From contig OZ024744.1 in NCBI GenBank assembly GCA_964016885.1, positions 133,920,001 through 133,984,000 of the forward strand: 64,000 nucleotides of DNA, given 5' to 3'. Below the pieces are notes generated by a model. It worked only from the letters and a program-made list of their open reading frames with translations, had not been told where the DNA came from and ran no database searches. Of the stretch, positions 48,501-60,100 are shown piece by piece (the first letter of the stretch is position 1; every line of letters starts with the position of its first letter). The DNA comes from Eledone cirrhosa (Eukaryota). The position numbers were made by a program, and so were the translations under genes.

Positions 48501-51500
48501 ATATTAAGTTGGGGTTAAGTTAAGTTGGGGTTCAGTTAAGTTGGGGATAAGTTAAGTTGGGGTTAAGTTAAGTTGGGGTTAAGTTAAGTTGGGGTTAAGT
48601 TAAGTTGGTGTTAAGTTGGGGTTAAGTTAAGTTAGGTTTAAGTTAAGTTGGGGTTAAGTTAAGTTGGGGTTAAGTTAAGTTGGGGTTAAGTTAATTTGTG
48701 GTTAAGTTAAGTTGGGGTTAAGTTAAGTTGGGGTTAAGTTAAGTTGGGGTTAATTTAAGTTGGGGTTAAGTTAAGTTGGGGTTAAGTTAAGTTGGGGTTA
48801 AGTTAAGATGGGGTTAAGTTAAGTTGGGGTTAAGTTAAGTTGAGGTTAAGTTAAGTTGGGGTTAAATTAAGTTGGGGTTAAGTTAAGTTGGGGTTAAGTT
48901 AAGTTGGGGTTAAGTTAAGTTGGGGATAAGTTAAGTTGGGGATAATTTAAGTTGGGGTTAAGTTAAGTTGGGTTTAAGTTAAGTTGGGGTTAAGTTAAGT
49001 TGGGGTTAAGTTAAGTTGGGGTTAAGTTAAGTTGGGGTTAAGTTAAGTTGGGGTTAAGTTAAGTTGGGGCTAAGTTAAGTTGGGGCTGAGTTAAGTTGGG
49101 GTTAAGTTAAGTTGGGGTTAAGTTAAGTTGGGGTTAAGTTAAGTTGGGGTTTATTTAAGTTGGGGTTAAATTAAGTTGGGGTTCAGTTAAGTTGGGGTTA
49201 AGATAAGTTGGGGTTAAGATGGGGTTAAATTAAGTTGGGGTTAAGTTAAGTTGGGGTTAAGTTAAGTTGGGGTTAAGTTAAGTTGGGGTTAAGTTAAGTC
49301 GGGGTTAAGTTAAGTCGGGGTTAAGTTAAGTTAGGGTTCAGTTAAGTTGGGGTTAAGTTAAGTTGGGGTTGAGTTAAGTTGGGGTTGAGTTAAATTGGAG
49401 TTGAGTTAAGTTGGGGTTGAGTTAAGTTGGTTTTGAGTTAAGTTGGGGTTAAGTTAAGTTGGGGTTAAGTTAAGTTGCAGTTAAGTTAAGTTGAGGTTAA
49501 GTTAAGGTGCGGTTAAGTTAAGTTGGGGCTAAGTTAAGTTGGGGCTAAGTTAAGTTGGGGCTAAGTTAAGTTGGGGTTAAGTTAAGTTGGGGTTAAGTTA
49601 AGTCGGGGTTAAGTTAAGTTGGGGTTAAGTTAAGTTGAGGTTAATTTAATTTGGGGTTAAGTTAAGTTGGGGTTAAGTTAAGTTGGGGCTAAGTTAAGTT
49701 GGGGTTAAGTTAAGTTGGGTTTAAGTTAAGTTGGGGTTAAGTTAAGTTGGGGTCAAGTTAAGTTGGGGTTAAGTTAAGTTGGTTAGTTAAGTTGAGTTTA
49801 AGTTAAGTTGGGGTTAATTTAAGTTGGGGTTAAGTTAAGTTGGGGTTAAGTTAAGTTGGGGTTAAGATAGGGTTAAATTAAGTTGGGGTTAAGTTAAGTT
49901 GGGGTTAAGTTAAGTTGGGGTTAAGTTAAGTTGGGGTTAAGTTAAGTCGGGGTTAAGTTAAGTCGGGGCTAAGTTAAGTTAGGGTTCAGTTAAGTTGGGG
50001 TTAAGTTAAGTTGGGGTTGAGTTAAGTTGGGGTTGAGTTAAATTGGGGTTGAGTTAAGTTGGGGTTGAGTTAAGTTGGTGTTGAGTTAAGTTGGGGTTAA
50101 GTTAAGTTGGGGTTAAGTTAAGTTGCAGTTAAGTTAAGTTGAGGTTAAGTTAAGGTGGGGTTAAGTTAAGTCGGGGTTAAGTTAAGTTGTGGTTGAGTTA
50201 AGTTGGGGTTAATTTAAGTTGGGGCTAAGTTAATTTGTGGTTAAGTTAAGTTGGGGTTAAGTTAAGTTGGGGTTAAGTTAAGTTGGGGCTAAGTTAAGTT
50301 GGGGCTAAGTTAAGTTGGGGTTAAGTTAAGTTGGGGTTAAGTTAAGTCGGGGTTAAGTTAAGTTGGGGTTAAGTTAAGTTGAGGTTAATTTAATTTGGGG
50401 TTAAGTTAAGTTGGGGTTAAGTTAAGTTGGGGCTAAGTTAAGTTGGGGTTAAGTTAAGTTGGGTTTAAGTTAAGTTGGGGTTAAGTTAAGTTGGGGTCAA
50501 GTTAAGTTGGGGTTAAGTTAAGTTGGTTAGTTAAGTTGAGTTTAAGTTAAGTTGGGGTTAATTTAAGTTGGGGTTAAGTTAAGTTGGGGTTAAGTTAAGT
50601 TGGGGTTAAGTTAAGTTGGGGTTAAGTTAAGTCGGGGTTAATTTAAGTCGGGGTTAAGTTAAGTTAGGGTTCAGTTAAGTTGGGGTTAAGTTAAGTTGGG
50701 GTTGAGTTAAGTTGGGGTTGAGTTAAATTGGCGTTGAGTTAAGTTGGGGTTGAGTTAAGTTGGTGTTGAGTTAAGTTGGGGTTAAGTTAAGTTGGGGTTA
50801 AGTTAAGTTGAGGTTAAGTTAAGTTGGGGTTAAATTAAGTTGGGGTTAAGTTAAGTTGGGGTTAAGTTAAGTTGGGGTTAAGTTAAGTTGGGGATAAGTT
50901 AAGTTGGGGATAATTTAAGTTGGGGTTAAGTTAAGTTGGGTTTAAGTTAAGTTGGGGTTAAGTTAAGTTGGGGTTAAATTAAGTTGGGGTTAAATTAAGT
51001 TGGGGTTAAGTTAAGTTGGGGTTAAGTTAAGTTGGGGCTAAGTTAAGTTGGGGCTGAGTTAAGTTGGGGTTAAGTTAAGTTGGGGTTAAGTTAAGTTGGG
51101 GTTAAGTTAAGTTGGGGTTTATATAAGTTGGGGTTAAGTTAAGTTGGGGTTCAGTTAAGTTGGGGTTAAGTTAAGTTGGGGTTAAGATAGGGTTAAATTA
51201 AGTTGGGGTTAAGTTAAGTTGGGGTTAAGTTAAGTTGGGGTTAAGTTAAGTTGGGGTTAAGTTAAGTCGGGGTTAAGTTAAGTCGGGATTAAGTTAAGTT
51301 AGGGTTCAGTTAAGTTGGGGTTAAGTTAAGTTGGGGTTGAGTTAAGTTGGGGTTGAGTTAAATTGGGGTTGAGTTAAGTTGGGGTTGAGTTAAGTTGGTG
51401 TTGAGTTAAGTTGGGGTTAAGTTAAGTTGGGGTTAAGTTAAGTTGCAGTTAAGTTAAGTTGAGGTTAAGTTAAGGTGGGGTTAAGTTAAGTCGGGGTTAA

Positions 51501-54127
51501 GTTAAGTTGTGGTTGAGTTAAGTTGGGGTTAATTTAAGTTGGGGCTAAGTTAATTTGTGGTTAAGTTAAGTTGGGGTTAAGTTAAGTTGGGGTTAAGTTA
51601 AGTTGGGGTTGAGTTAAGTTGGGGTTGAGTTAATTTGGGGTTAAGTTAAGTTGGGGTTAATTTAAGTTGGGTTTAAGTTAATTTGGGCTTAAATTAAGTT
51701 GGGGTTAAATTAAGTTGGGGTTAAGTTAAGTTGGGGGTAAGTTAAGTTGGCGGCAAGTTAAGTTGGGGTTAATTTAAGTTGGGGTTAAATTAAGTTGGGG
51801 TTACGTTAAGTTGGTGTTAAGTTAAGTTGGGGTTAATTTAAGTTGGGGTTAATTAAGTTGGGGTTAAGTTAAGTTGGGGTTAAGTTAAGTTGGGGTTAAT
51901 TTAAGTTGGGGTTGAGTTAAGTTGGGGTTAAGTTAAGTTGGGGTTATATTAAGTTGGGGTTAAGTTAAGTTGGGGTTCAGTTAAGTTGGGGATAAGTTAA
52001 GTTGGGGTTAAGTTAAGTTGGGGCTAAGTTAAGTTGGGGCTGAGTTAAGTTGGGGCTGAGTTAAGTTGGGGTTAAGTTAAGTTGGGGTTGAGTTAAGTTG
52101 GGGTTAAGTTAAGTTGTGGTCAAGTTAAGTTGGGGTTAAGTTGGGGTTAAGTTAAGTTAGGTTTAAGTTAAGTTGGGGTTAAGTTAAGTTGGGGTTACGT
52201 TAAGTTGGTGTTAAGTTAAGTTGGGGTTAATTTAAGTTGGGGTTAATTAAGTTGGGGTTAAGTTAAGTTGGGGTTAAGTTAAGTTGGGGTTAATTTAAGT
52301 TGGGGTTGAGTTAAGTTGGGGTTAAGTTAAGTTGGGGTAATATTAAGTTGGGGTTAAGTTAAGTTGGGGTTCAGTTAAGTTGGGGATAAGTTAAGTTGGG
52401 GTTAAGTTAAGTTGGGGTTAAGTTAAGTTGGGGTTAAGTTAAGTTGGTGTTAAGTTGGGGTTAAGTTAAGTTAGGTTTAAGTTAAGTTGGGGTTAAGTTA
52501 AGTTGGGGTTAAGTTAAGTTGGGGTTAAGTTAATTTGTGGTTAAGTTAAGTTGGGGTTAAGTTAAGTTGGGGTTAAGTTAAGTTGGGGTTAATTTAAGTT
52601 GGGGTTAAGTTAAGTTGGGGTTAAGTTAAGTTGGGGTTAAGTTAAGATGGGGTTAAGTTAAGTTGGGGTTAAGTTAAGTTGAGGTTAAGTTAAGTTGGGG
52701 TTAAATTAAGTTGGGGTTAAGTTAAGTTGGGGTTAAGTTAAGTTGGGGTTAAGTTAAGTTGGGGATAAGTTAAGTTGGGGATAATTTAAGTTGGGGTTAA
52801 GTTAAGTTGGGTTTAAGTTAAGTTGGGGTTAAGTTAAGTTGGGGTTAAGTTAAGTTGGGGTTAAGTTAAGTTGGGGTTAAGTTAAGTTGGGGTTAAGTTA
52901 AGTTGGGGCTAAGTTAAGTTGGGGCTGAGTTAAGTTGGGGTTAAGTTAAGTTGGGGTTAAGTTAAGTTGGGGTTAAGTTAAGTTGGGGTTTATTTAAGTT
53001 GGGGTTAAATTAAGTTGGGGTTCAGTTAAGTTGGGGTTAAGATAAGTTGGGGTTAAGATGGGGTTAAATTAAGTTGGGGTTAAGTTAAGTTGGGGTTAAG
53101 TTAAGTTGGGGTTAAGTTAAGTTGGGGTTAAGTTAAGTCGGGGTTAAGTTAAGTCGGGGTTAAGTTAAGTTAGGGTTCAGTTAAGTTGGGGTTAAGTTAA
53201 GTTGGGGTTGAGTTAAGTTGGGGTTGAGTTAAATTGGAGTTGAGTTAAGTTGGGGTTGAGTTAAGTTGGTTTTGAGTTAAGTTGGGGTTAAGTTAAGTTG
53301 GGGTTAAGTTAAGTTGCAGTTAAGTTAAGTTGAGGTTAAGTTAAGGTGCGGTTAAGTTAAGTTGGGGCTAAGTTAAGTTGGGGCTAAGTTAAGTTGGGGC
53401 TAAGTTAAGTTGGGGTTAAGTTAAGTTGGGGTTAAGTTAAGTCGGGGTTAAGTTAAGTTGGGGTTAAGTTAAGTTGAGGTTAATTTAATTTGGGGTTAAG
53501 TTAAGTTGGGGTTAAGTTAAGTTGGGGCTAAGTTAAGTTGGGGTTAAGTTAAGTTGGGTTTAAGTTAAGTTGGGGTTAAGTTAAGTTGGGGTCAAGTTAA
53601 GTTGGGGTTAAGTTAAGTTGGTTAGTTAAGTTGAGTTTAAGTTAAGTTGGGGTTAATTTAAGTTGGGGTTAAGTTAAGTTGGGGTTAAGTTAAGTTGGGG
53701 TTAAGATAGGGTTAAATTAAGTTGGGGTTAAGTTAAGTTGGGGTTAAGTTAAGTTGGGGTTAAGTTAAGTTGGGGTTAAGTTAAGTCGGGGTTAAGTTAA
53801 GTCGGGGCTAAGTTAAGTTAGGGTTCAGTTAAGTTGGGGTTAAGTTAAGTTGGGGTTGAGTTAAGTTGGGGTTGAGTTAAATTGGGGTTGAGTTAAGTTG
53901 GGGTTGAGTTAAGTTGGTGTTGAGTTAAGTTGGGGTTAAGTTAAGTTGGGGTTAAGTTAAGTTGCAGTTAAGTTAAGTTGAGGTTAAGTTAAGGTGGGGT
54001 TAAGTTAAGTCGGGGTTAAGTTAAGTTGTGGTTGAGTTAAGTTGGGGTTAATTTAAGTTGGGGCTAAGTTAATTTGTGGTTAAGTTAAGTTGGGGTTAAG
54101 TTAAGTTGGGGTTAAGTTAAGTTGGGG
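42596..54127 (+). repeat. Tandem triplication of a 3,839-bp unit
   Basis: Markers at a constant offset of 3,839: GTCGGGATT 43610/47449/51288, GGGGTAATATT 44661/48500/52339, junction C 42611/46450/50289. Confidence 0.92.
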
Positions 54128-57100
54128 TTGAGTTAAGTTGGGGTTGAGTTAATTTGGGGTTAAGTTAAGTTGGGGTTAATTTAAGTTGGGTTTAAGTTAA
54201 TTTGGGCTTAAATTAAGTTGGGGTTAAATTAAGTTGGGGTTAAGTTAAGTTGGGGGTAAGTTAAGTTGGCGGCAAGTTAAGTTGGGGTTAATTTAAGTTG
54301 GGGTTAAATTAAGTTGGGGTTACGTTAAGTTGGTGTTAAGTTAAGTTGGGGTTAATTTAAGTTGGGGTTAATTAAGTTGGGGTTAAGTTAAGTTGGGGTC
54401 AAGTTAAGTTGGGGTTAATTTAAGTTGGGGTTGAGTTAAGTTGGGGTTAAGTTAAGTTGGGGTTATATTAAGTTGGGGTTAAGTTAAGTTGGGGTTCAGT
54501 TAAGTTGGGGATAAGTTAAGTTGGGGTTAAGTTAAGTTGGGGCTAAGTTAAGTTGGGGCTGAGTTAAGTTGGGGCTGAGTTAAGTTGGGGTTAAGTTAAG
54601 TTGGGGTTGAGTTAAGTTGGGGTTAAGTTAAGTTGGGGTCAAGTTAAGTTGGGGTTAAGTTGGGGTTAAGTTAAGTTAGGTTTAAGTTAAGTTGGGGTTA
54701 AGTTAAGTTGGGGTTAAGTTAAGTTGGTTAGTTAAGTTGAGTTTAAGTTAAGTTGGGGTTAATTTAAGTTGGGATTAAGTTAAGTTGGGGTTAAGTTAAG
54801 TTGGGGTTAAGTTAAGTTGGGGTTAAGTTAAGTTGGGGTTAAGTTAAGTCGGGGTTAATTTAAGTCGGGGTTAAGTTAAGTTAGGGTTCAGTTAAGTTGG
54901 GGTTAAGTTAAGTTGGGGTTGAGTTAAGTTGGGGTTGAGTTAAATTGGCGTTGAGTTAAGTTGGGGTTGAGTTAAGTTGGTGTTGAGTTAAGTTGGGGTT
55001 AAGTTAAGTTGGGGTTAAGTTAAGTTGCAGTTAAGTTAAGTTGAGGTTAAGTTAAGGTGGGGTTAAGTTAAGTCGGGGTTAAGTTAAGTTGTGGTTGAGT
55101 TAAGTTGGGGTTAATTTAAGTTGGGGCTAAGTTAATTTGTGGTTAAGTTAAGTTGGGGTTAAGTTAAGTTGGGGTTAAGTTAAGTTGGGGTTGAGTTAAG
55201 TTGGGGTTGAGTTAATTTGGGGTTAAGTTAAGTTGGGGTTAAGTTAAGTTGGGTTTAAGTTAAGTTGGGGTTAAATTAAGTTGGGTTTAAATTAAGGTGG
55301 GGTTAAGTTAAGTTGGGGGTAAGTTAAGTTGGGGGCAAGTTAAGTTGGGGTTAATTTAAGTTGGGGTTAAATTAAGTTGGGGTTACGTTAAGTTGGTGTT
55401 AAGTTAAGTTGGGGTTAATTTAAGTTGGGGTTAATTAAGTTGGGGTTAATTTAAGTTGGGGTTAAGTTAAGTTGGGGTTAATTTAAGTTGGGGTTGAGTT
55501 AAGTTGGGGTTCAGTTAAGTTGGGGATAAGTTAAGTTGGGGTTAAGTTAAGTTGGGGTTAAGTTAAGTTGGGGTTAAGTTAAGTTGGTGTTAAGTTAAGT
55601 TGGGGCTAAGTTAAGTTGGGGCTGAGTTAAGTTGGGGCTGAGTTATGTTGGGGTTAAGTTAAGTTGGGGTTAAGTTAAGTTGGGGTTAATTTAAGTTGGG
55701 GTTTATTTAAGTTGGGGTTACGTTAAGTTGGTGTTAAGTTAAGTTGGGGTTAATTTAAGTTGGGGTTAATTAAGTTGGGGTTAAGTTAAGTTGGGGTTAA
55801 TTTAAGTTGGGGTTGAGTTAAGTTGGGGTTAAGTTAAGTTGGGGTTATATTAAGTTGGGGTTAAGTTAAGTTGGGGTTCAGTTAAGTTGGGTATAAGTTA
55901 AGTTGGGGTTAAGTTAAGTTGGGGTTAAGTTAAGTTGGGGTTAAGTTAAGTTGGTGTTAAGTTAAGTTGGGGCTAAGTTAAGTTGGGGCTGAGTTAAGTT
56001 GGGGCTGAGTTAAGTTGGGGTTAAGTTGGGGTCAAGTTAAGTTGGGGTTAAGTTGGGGTTAAGTTAAGTTAGGTTTAAGTTAAGTTGGGGTTAAGTTAAG
56101 TTGGGGTTAAGTTAAGTTGGGGTTAAGTTCATTTCTGGTTAAGTTAAGTTGGGGTAAAGTTAAGTTGGGGTTAAGTTAAGTCGGGGTTAAGTTAAGTTGG
56201 GGTTAAGTTAAGTTGGGGTTAATTTAAGTTGGGGTTAAGTTAAGTTGGGGTCAAGTTAAGTTGGGGTTAAGTTGGGGTTAAGTTAAGTTAGGTTTAAGTT
56301 AAGTTGGGGTTAAGTTAAGTTGGGGTTAAGTTAAGTTGGGGTTAAGTTAAGTTGGGGTTAAGTTAAGTTGGGGTTAAGTTAATTTGTGGTTAAGTTAAGT
56401 TGGGGTTAAGTTAAGTTGGGGTTAAGTTAAGTTGGGGTTAAGTTAAGTCGGGGTTAAGTTAAGTTGGGGTTAAGTTAAGTTGGGGTTAATTTAAGTTGGG
56501 GTTGAATTAAGTTGGGGTTAAGTTAAGTTGGGGTTAAATTAAGTTGGGGTTAAGTTAAGTTGGGGTTAAGTCAAGTTGGGGTTAAGTTAAGTTGGGGATA
56601 AGTTAAGTTGGGGATAATTTAAGTTGGGGTTAAGTTAAGTTGGGTTTAAGTTAAGTTGGGGTTAAGTTAAGTTGGGGTTAAGTTAAGTTGGGGTTAAGTT
56701 AAGTTGGGGTTAAGTTAAGTTGGGGTTAAGTTAAGTTGGGGCTAAGTTAAGTTGGGGCTGAGTTAAGTTGGGGTTAAGTTAAGTTGGGCTTAATTTAAGT
56801 CGGGGTTAAGTTAAGTTAGGGTTCAGTTAAGTTGGGGTTAAGTTAAGTTGGGGTTGAGTTAAGTTGGGGTTGAGTTAAATTGGGGTTGAGTTAAGTTGGG
56901 GTTGAGTTAAGTTGGTGTTGAATTAAGTTGGGGTTCAGTTAAGTTGGGGTTAAGTTAAGTTGCAGTTAAGTTAAGTTGAGGTTAAGTTAAGGTGCGGTTA
57001 AGTTAAGTTGGGGTTAAGTTAAGTTGGGGCTAAGTTAAGTTGGGGCTAAGTTAAGTTGGGGCTAAGTTAAGTTGGGGTTAAGTTAAGTTGGGGTTAAGTT

Positions 57101-60100
57101 AAGTTGGTTAGTTAAGTTGAGTTTAAGTTAAGTTGGGGTTAATTTAAGTTGGGGTTAAGTTATGTTGGGTTTAAGTTAAGTTGGGGTTAAGTTAAGTTGG
57201 GGTTAAGTTAAGTTGGGGTTAAGTTAAGTTGGGGTTAACCCCAACTTAACTTAACCCCAACTTCACTCAACCCCAACGTAACTCAACCCCAACTTAACTT
57301 AACCCCAACTTCACTCAACCCCAACTTAACTTAACCCCAACTTCACTCAACCCCAACTTCCAACTTGACTTAACCCCAACTTAACTTAGCCCCAACTTAA
57401 CTTAAGCCCTAAGTCGGGGTTAAGTTAAGTTGGCGTTAAGTTAAGTTAGGCTTAACTTAAGTTGGGGTTCAGTTAAGTTGGGGGTAAGTTAAGTTGGGGG
57501 TAAGTTAAGTTGGGGTTAAGTTAAGTTGCGGTTAAGTTGGGGTTAAGTTAAGTTAGGGTTAAGTTAAGTTGGGGTTGAGTTAAGTTGGGGTTAATTAAGT
57601 GGTGGTTATGTTAAGTTGGGGTTAAGTTAAGTTGGGGTTAATTTAAATTGGGGTTAAGTTAACTTTGTGGTTAAGTTAAGTTGGGGTTAAGTTAAGTTGG
57701 GGTTAAGTTGGGGTTGAGTTAAGTTGGGGTCGAGTGAAGTTGGGGTTAAGTTAAGTTAAGTTGGGGTTAAGTTAAGTCGGGGTTAAGTTAAGTTGTGGTT
57801 GATTTAAGTTGGGGTTAATTTAAGTTGGGGCTAAGTTAATTTGTGGTTAAGTTAAGTTGGGGTTAAGTTAAGTTGGGGATAAGTTAAGTTGGGGTTGAGT
57901 TAAGTTGGGGTTGAGTTAATTTGGGGTTAAGTTAAGTTGGGGTTAATTTAAGTTGGGTTTAAGTTAATTTGGGTTTAAATTAAGTTGGGGTTAAATTAAG
58001 TTGGGGTTAAGTTAAGTTGGGGGTAAGTTAAGTTAGGTTTAAGTTAAGTTGGGGTTAAGTTAAGTTGGGGTTACGTTAAGTTGGGGTTAAGTTAAGTTGG
58101 GGTTAAGTTAAGTTGGTGTTAAGTTAAGTTGGGGCTAAGTTAAGTTGGGGCTGAGTTAAGTTGGGGTTGAGTTAAGTTGGGGTTAAGTTAAGTTGGGGTT
58201 GAGTTAAGTTGGGGTTAAGTTAAGTTGGGGTCAAGTTAAGTTGGGGTTAAGTTGGGGTTAAGTTAAGTTAGGTTTAAGTTAAGTTGGGGTTAAGTTAAGT
58301 TGGGGTTAAGTTAAGTTGGGGTTAAGTTAATTTGTGGTTAAGTTAAGTTGGGGTTAAGTTAAGTTGGGGTTAAGTTAAGTTGGGGTTAAATTAAGTTGGG
58401 GTTAAGTTAAGTTGGGGTTAAGTTAAGTTGGGGTTAAGTTAAGTTGGGGATAAGTTAAGTTGGGGATAATTTAAGTTGGGGTTAAGTTAAGTTGGGTTTA
58501 AGTTAAGTTGGGGTTAAGTTAAGTTGGGGATAAGTTAGGTTGGGGTTAAGTTAAGTTGGGGTTAAGTTAAGTTGAGGCTAAGTTAAGTTGGGGCTGAGTT
58601 AAGTTGGGGTTAAGTTAAGTTGGGGTTAAGTTAAGTTGGGGTTAATTTAACTTGGGGTTAATTAAGTTGGGGTTAAGTTAAGTTGGGGTTAAGTTAAGAT
58701 GGGGTTAATTTAAGTTGGGATTGAGTTAAGTTGGGGTTAAGTTAAGTTGGGGTTATATTAAGTTGGGGTTAAGTTAAGTTGGGGTTCAGTTAAGTTGGGG
58801 ATAAGTTATGTTGGGGTTAAGTTAAGTTGGGGTTAAGTTAAGTTGGGGTTAAGTTAAGTTGGTGTTAAGTTAAGTTGGGGCTAAGTTAAGTTGGGGCTGA
58901 GTTAAGTTGGGGCTGAGTTAAGTTGGGGTTAAGTTAAGTTGGGGTTGAGTTAAGTTGGGGTTAAGTTAAGTTGGGGTTAATTAAGTTGGGGTTAAGTTAA
59001 GTTGGGGTTAAGTTAAGTTGGGGTTAATTTAAGTTGGGGTTGAGTTAAGTTGGGGTTAAGTTAAGTTGGGGTTATATTAAGTTGGGGTTAAGTTAAGTTG
59101 GGGTTCAGTTAAGTTGGGGATAAGTTAAGTTGGGGTTAAGTTAAGTTGGGGCTAAGTTAAGTTGGGGCTGAGTTAAGTTGGGGCTGAGTTAAGTTGGGGT
59201 TAAGTTAAGTTGGGGTTGAGTTAAGTTGGGGTTAAGTTAAGTTGTGGTCAAGTTAAGTTGGGGTTAAGTTGGGGTTAAGTTAAGTTAGGTTTAAGTTAAG
59301 TTGGGGTTAAGTTAAGTTGGGGTTACGTTAAGTTGGTGTTAAGTTAAGTTGGGGTTAATTTAAGTTGGGGTTAATTAAGTTGGGGTTAAGTTAAGTTGGG
59401 GTTAAGTTAAGTTGGGGTTAATTTAAGTTGGGGTTGAGTTAAGTTGGGGTTAAGTTAAGTTGGGGTAATATTAAGTTGGGGTTAAGTTAAGTTGGGGTTC
59501 AGTTAAGTTGGGGATAAGTTAAGTTGGGGTTAAGTTAAGTTGGGGTTAAGTTAAGTTGGGGTTAAGTTAAGTTGGTGTTAAGTTGGGGTTAAGTTAAGTT
59601 AGGTTTAAGTTAAGTTGGGGTTAAGTTAAGTTGGGGTTAAGTTAAGTTGGGGTTAAGTTAATTTGTGGTTAAGTTAAGTTGGGGTTAAGTTAAGTTGGGG
59701 TTAAGTTAAGTTGGGGTTAATTTAAGTTGGGGTTAAGTTAAGTTGGGGTTAAGTTAAGTTGGGGTTAAGTTAAGATGGGGTTAAGTTAAGTTGGGGTTAA
59801 GTTAAGTTGAGGTTAAGTTAAGTTGGGGTTAAATTAAGTTGGGGTTAAGTTAAGTTGGGGTTAAGTTAAGTTGGGGTTAAGTTAAGTTGGGGATAAGTTA
59901 AGTTGGGGATAATTTAAGTTGGGGTTAAGTTAAGTTGGGTTTAAGTTAAGTTGGGGTTAAGTTAAGTTGGGGTTAAGTTAAGTTGGGGTTAAGTTAAGTT
60001 GGGGTTAAGTTAAGTTGGGGTTAAGTTAAGTTGGGGCTAAGTTAAGTTGGGGCTGAGTTAAGTTGGGGTTAAGTTAAGTTGGGGTTAAGTTAAGTTGGGG

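Noticed and set aside
11160-57409. Islands as sequencing fold-back chimeras
   Set aside because: Five copies have the same length, junctions and internal variants, with lineage-like SNPs, and do not mirror their left flank. Random read artefacts would not do this, though copy number still needs read support.
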